64,000 bases of DNA from a virus (taxonomy: Duplodnaviria; Caudoviricetes): positions 32,001 to 96,000 of the IMG/VR virus record IMGVR_UViG_3300025858_000010; one strand, given 5' to 3'. The notes beneath the pieces were generated by a model. It was not told the origin of the DNA. It did no database searches and saw only the letters and a list, made by a program, of their open reading frames with translations. Made by a program: the position numbers and the translations under genes. This document shows, one piece after another, positions 60,593 to 64,000 of this stretch. Within the stretch, counting starts at the first letter, position 1, and each line of letters begins with the position of its first letter.

Positions 60593-61106
60593 TTTCCAAT
60601 TTTTTTATTTTTTCAATTATTTCTTTACTTATTTGTTTTCCTAATTCATTTGATAACGAATCAAATATATTTTTAATATAATCATCATAAGTTTCATGGA
60701 TTGTAGATGAGGGCGATATCGGAAAAGTTTTTGGTAATTGTATATCAACGTCGTAATAATCACCCAATTGTTTTAATTTTATCCAATCGTTTTCATGTAT
60801 AGAATTTCTATAATATTTAACGTAAAAAACTGATAATGAATTCGTTATTAAACCGTTATTCAATAAATAATCGTGATTAGATGAACATTCTCCACAATCA
60901 GTTCCATGATCTCCTCTCCAACCATTTCCTTTTTTGAATTTTCCAACAACATCATTAATATCTGAATAATTGGCAGCCCCTTCCGTGGATTCTCTCATAG
61001 CCATTTCCATTAATTTAGTTAATTCGTCATTAATCGGAACTTTTAATTTTTCTTCTTTTTTTGGCTCAATATAAAGAAGAAATCTTGATTTATCGTTTCT
61101 ATGCAT
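60558..61106 (-). CDS. Hypothetical protein
   Basis: WRG.H...CGE.S..HDY.L..G.ITNSL...Y motif. Confidence 0.6.
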   Translation of the reverse strand: MHRNDKSRFLLYIEPKKEEKLKVPINDELTKLMEMAMRESTEGAANYSDINDVVGKFKKGNGWRGDHGTDCGECSSNHDYLLNNGLITNSLSVFYVKYYRNSIHENDWIKLKQLGDYYDVDIQLPKTFPISPSSTIHETYDDYIKNIFDSLSNELGKQISKEIIEKIKKLENVKNIGKTGIY

Positions 61107-61107
61107 A

Positions 61108-61383
61108 TTATTTTTTATTTAATGTATCAAACAATTCTTTATCTATTATTATATTATTTCCACCGTCTTCTTCTGATAAATATTGACCTGCAATTTGATT
61201 AACAGCAACGTAATCTGTATCTATATCGGAATTATGTATATGATGAAATGCTTCCATCAATTCTTTTTTATCATCTTCTGTCGGTACAATTATTTTAAAA
61301 TTAACCCATTCAACATTTTTTATTTCGTCATCAGTTAAAAATCTTTTTCTTTTATCTTTTTGATAATCTTTATATTTTCTCAT
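61108..61383 (-). CDS. Hypothetical protein
   Basis: 91-aa ORF in operon-like run. Confidence 0.6.
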   Translation of the reverse strand: MRKYKDYQKDKRKRFLTDDEIKNVEWVNFKIIVPTEDDKKELMEAFHHIHNSDIDTDYVAVNQIAGQYLSEEDGGNNIIIDKELFDTLNKK

Positions 61384-61393
61384 ATTTTTTAAT

Positions 61394-62569
61394 TTATTTA
61401 ATATCTGTAGCAGGCTTTGTTATCAAAACAGGCAATTTTACACCATCAAATTCTTTTTTATCTATTGATTTATAATATTTATTAAAATCAAAATATTTAT
61501 GATAAATTTCCATTATTTTTTCATAAGTCACTTCATTAATTATATTTTCAACTGAAAATTTTTCTTGTTGAATATATTTATATCCGTTATTATGTAATAA
61601 TATATTTTCCTTCTTGAATTTAATTTTATAATATTTTTTAATTATATTAAATCTTTTTCTAGTTAAATATTTATGCGGATTATCTAAAATCATTTTAAAT
61701 AATTCTTGTACTTTTTCAACATTATTATTTGATGTGACTGTTTCGAAGAATACCAGTGATGAAATATTTGTCATTATTCTCTGATAACAATGTACATAAT
61801 AAACTAATCCATTTTTTTCTCTTATTTCTTGATATAGAGGGGATTTTAATCCATTACCAAGCATTTTTGTTATAAAATCTATATACGGAAAATCATCTTT
61901 GATTATTTCAGATATATTTATTATTGATGTCTTATTCTTGTAGTTATTTCCTTTTTCGAATAAATAATTTCCGTCAAACAAAGTTAAAAATTGTTCATAA
62001 ACTCTATCATCGTAAGAAATTCCTCTGAAGAAATCTTCTAATGATTTGTTATTACTTTTACATATATCAATAATCATTGTCGGTTTTCTATATTGAAATT
62101 CAAAAAAATCATAGCAATCATTTAAAGTTAAATTTTTTAAATCATCTAATAATCCAATAGCTTCATGATATCCATATAATTTTCTTAATAAATTTTGTCT
62201 GTGCCATTCTGATTGATCGTTAAATGAATCTTTATATTCTTCTATGACAACTTTTTTTTCATTTTCAAATTGTTCTTCGGTTATTTTAAAAGTTGTTAAA
62301 CGTTCGTAGAATATTTTCTTCCATTTTTTAACGAATATATCTAATCCCGTCATATAAAAAACTATTTCCGAATCGTTAGTGAACGCGTTCCATGTGATTC
62401 CGTCAGATTCGAATTTTTCTATTAAATCGTCAAATCCTTTACATATCAAATGTTCTAATAAATGTGATATTCCGTATATTCCTTTATGTTCATTCATGAC
62501 GCTTCCGTAATAAGCCACGTAGAATCCTGATAAATTTGTAGGACTTTTAATTTTATTATATTTTACCAT
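61394..62569 (-). CDS. M16 (insulinase-family) zinc peptidase
   Basis: GISHLLEHL (HxxEH), NAFT, EKKVVIEE, SPLYQEIREKNGLVY. Confidence 0.92.
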   Translation of the reverse strand: MVKYNKIKSPTNLSGFYVAYYGSVMNEHKGIYGISHLLEHLICKGFDDLIEKFESDGITWNAFTNDSEIVFYMTGLDIFVKKWKKIFYERLTTFKITEEQFENEKKVVIEEYKDSFNDQSEWHRQNLLRKLYGYHEAIGLLDDLKNLTLNDCYDFFEFQYRKPTMIIDICKSNNKSLEDFFRGISYDDRVYEQFLTLFDGNYLFEKGNNYKNKTSIINISEIIKDDFPYIDFITKMLGNGLKSPLYQEIREKNGLVYYVHCYQRIMTNISSLVFFETVTSNNNVEKVQELFKMILDNPHKYLTRKRFNIIKKYYKIKFKKENILLHNNGYKYIQQEKFSVENIINEVTYEKIMEIYHKYFDFNKYYKSIDKKEFDGVKLPVLITKPATDIK

Positions 62570-62804
62570 GTATTTCTTTTATTTTTTCTATTATAAATTT
62601 TTTTATTTTTGCTTTATTTATTGATTGAATTGATGTATTTGGATATAATTTTTTAACTTCGTTTATATTGTCAAAATTACCCAAAAAATCTATCCACCAC
62701 CAAGTGTTATAATTATCTTCATGTATGGGAATAAGTTTTCTTGTTATTCTATATCCATAATAACTATTATCTATATAAATTATTTTATCAAGTATTTTAT
62801 CCAT
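62556..62804 (-). CDS. Hypothetical protein
   Basis: 82-aa ORF overlapping the peptidase start. Confidence 0.55.
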   Translation of the reverse strand: MDKILDKIIYIDNSYYGYRITRKLIPIHEDNYNTWWWIDFLGNFDNINEVKKLYPNTSIQSINKAKIKKFIIEKIKEIHGKI

Positions 62805-63025
62805 TTTATTTCTTGTTTTTATTCATCGCCATAATTATTTATTGTTTTTGTTGTCGCTTCTTCTATTCCGCAGTTTTTAGATGGTTTTTCAATATTGAAC
62901 ACCTTTCCATTTTGTTTTGATTTGTTTTTTGGTATTCATGTTTTGTTTTGATTTAACTCGGCATTCTTTGCACTAATATGAGTTTTATGTTTTAATATAT
63001 ACTATTATAAAATTAAAGTTTTAAA

Positions 63026-63721
63026 ATGATAGAAGATTATTATGTTTATGTGTATTGTGATCCCAGAGTCCCATCTAATATTGTTGTAGATACTGTAAAT
63101 TTTGAGTTTCAACCTATCTATATAGGTTATGGAAGAAAAAATAGAATAAATTTTCATTTAAAAATGAAGGATTCAAACTTTTTAAAAATAAATAAAATTA
63201 AATCAATTAAATCGGATGGATATTTACCTATTATATTTAAAATAAAAGAGAATATGAAGCAACATACAGCAGTCAATTTGGAAAAATGCCTTATAAGAGA
63301 AATAGGCACAATTTTAAATGTGTTGGGAGTTAAAAATGGACCTTTAACCAATCAAACTCCTGGTGGGGATGGCGGTCCAACTTTTTTTAAAAGAAAATTA
63401 ACCGAAGAACATAAAGATAAAATTAGAAAAGCTAATACGGGTAAATCATTCACTTTACAAAGGAGGACAAATTTATCAATTGCTCAAAAAAGAAGAAACA
63501 TTGTAATTGATCAAGATAAAAAAATTAAAATGTTAGAAGGTTTAAAAAACATGAGCGATGAATCCAGGGATAATATATCAAAGGCGACAAAAAACACAGT
63601 ATGGATTTTTAATCCTATTTTGAATAAAAACAGAAGAATAAAAATTGAAAATATAGATAATTACCTAAAAGACGGATGGATTAAAGGATTTAAAGACTCA
63701 AGAAAATCTAATCATCGTTAA
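63026..63721 (+). CDS. GIY-YIG (LEM-3-like) homing endonuclease with NUMOD3-like repeats
   Basis: YYVYVYCDPR..PIYIGYG..R, LTN.TPGGDG, LTEEHKDKIR. Confidence 0.82.
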   Translation: MIEDYYVYVYCDPRVPSNIVVDTVNFEFQPIYIGYGRKNRINFHLKMKDSNFLKINKIKSIKSDGYLPIIFKIKENMKQHTAVNLEKCLIREIGTILNVLGVKNGPLTNQTPGGDGGPTFFKRKLTEEHKDKIRKANTGKSFTLQRRTNLSIAQKRRNIVIDQDKKIKMLEGLKNMSDESRDNISKATKNTVWIFNPILNKNRRIKIENIDNYLKDGWIKGFKDSRKSNHR

Positions 63722-64000
63722 CACCGCATTCCTTGCAACTATCCCACAATCGTCCACCAATAGGTAGTCCTAATTCTTTAGCTGTGAATTCCTCGCCTGT
63801 TTTTTCATCTATAAAGCAACTTTCTTTATTCAAACTATCATCACTTATATCTAAGTAATGACAATATCCGTCAGATTGGCTTCCGCCGTTTTCTACTTTA
63901 TCGTAATATGGACAATTTTTTATATGATAAACACCTTTTTCATATTTTATACCTGTATAACAATATATTCCTTCTGGAATTATATTAGTGTCTTTATTTT
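63708..64000 (-). CDS. Cys-rich hypothetical protein, 5' end outside the window
   Basis: Open frame IPEGIYCY...CPYY...GYCHYL...LWDSCKECGVNDD*. Confidence 0.55.
   Translation of the reverse strand, partial: NKDTNIIPEGIYCYTGIKYEKGVYHIKNCPYYDKVENGGSQSDGYCHYLDISDDSLNKESCFIDEKTGEEFTAKELGLPIGGRLWDSCKECGVNDD

Noticed and set aside
1-64000. Window-wide TAG recoding (code 15)
   Set aside because: Long conserved genes are intact in code 11, and the gene breaks seen are frameshifts or deletions, not in-frame TAGs

Overview
Very AT-rich (roughly 25% GC by eye), gene-dense segment of a large T4-superfamily-like jumbo/megaphage genome. The host is probably Bacteroidota: there are no obvious Shine-Dalgarno leaders and the DnaK is Bacteroidota-like. 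Phage hallmarks are a fractured family-B DNA polymerase (split Ser1/Ser+1 intein with a free-standing endonuclease between the halves), a gp25-like baseplate protein, a truncated gp17-like terminase ATPase, a tape-measure-like repeat protein, several homing endonucleases, PhoH and dUTPase. Auxiliary genes include DnaK, DnaJ, GuaC, PPK2, a CCA-adding enzyme, a KamA-type and a SPASM-type radical SAM, Nudix, SET and M16 peptidase. The strongest unexplained signal is a peptide tag, D[IVL]DPYGEE[DEN]W, present 19 times in 13 ORFs from several unrelated families, with varying synonymous codons. It co-occurs with T4-like capsid-targeting N-termini (M-x-K-x-F-x-x-F-x-x-E) and [LI]xE prohead-protease-like sites. 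One six-module ORF ends every module with the tag, and all five internal tags are followed by an LxE site. This suggests an undescribed tagged-cargo/polyprotein system for virion-delivered proteins, including a module-shuffling LRR family. Also present: a CUA-anticodon tRNA with an adjacent 109-nt structured RNA candidate, a decayed IS607-like tnpB insertion whose target gene can be reconstructed, an intragenic inversion, two promoter classes and many deletion scars. All calls come from motif recognition by eye; no database searches were run.
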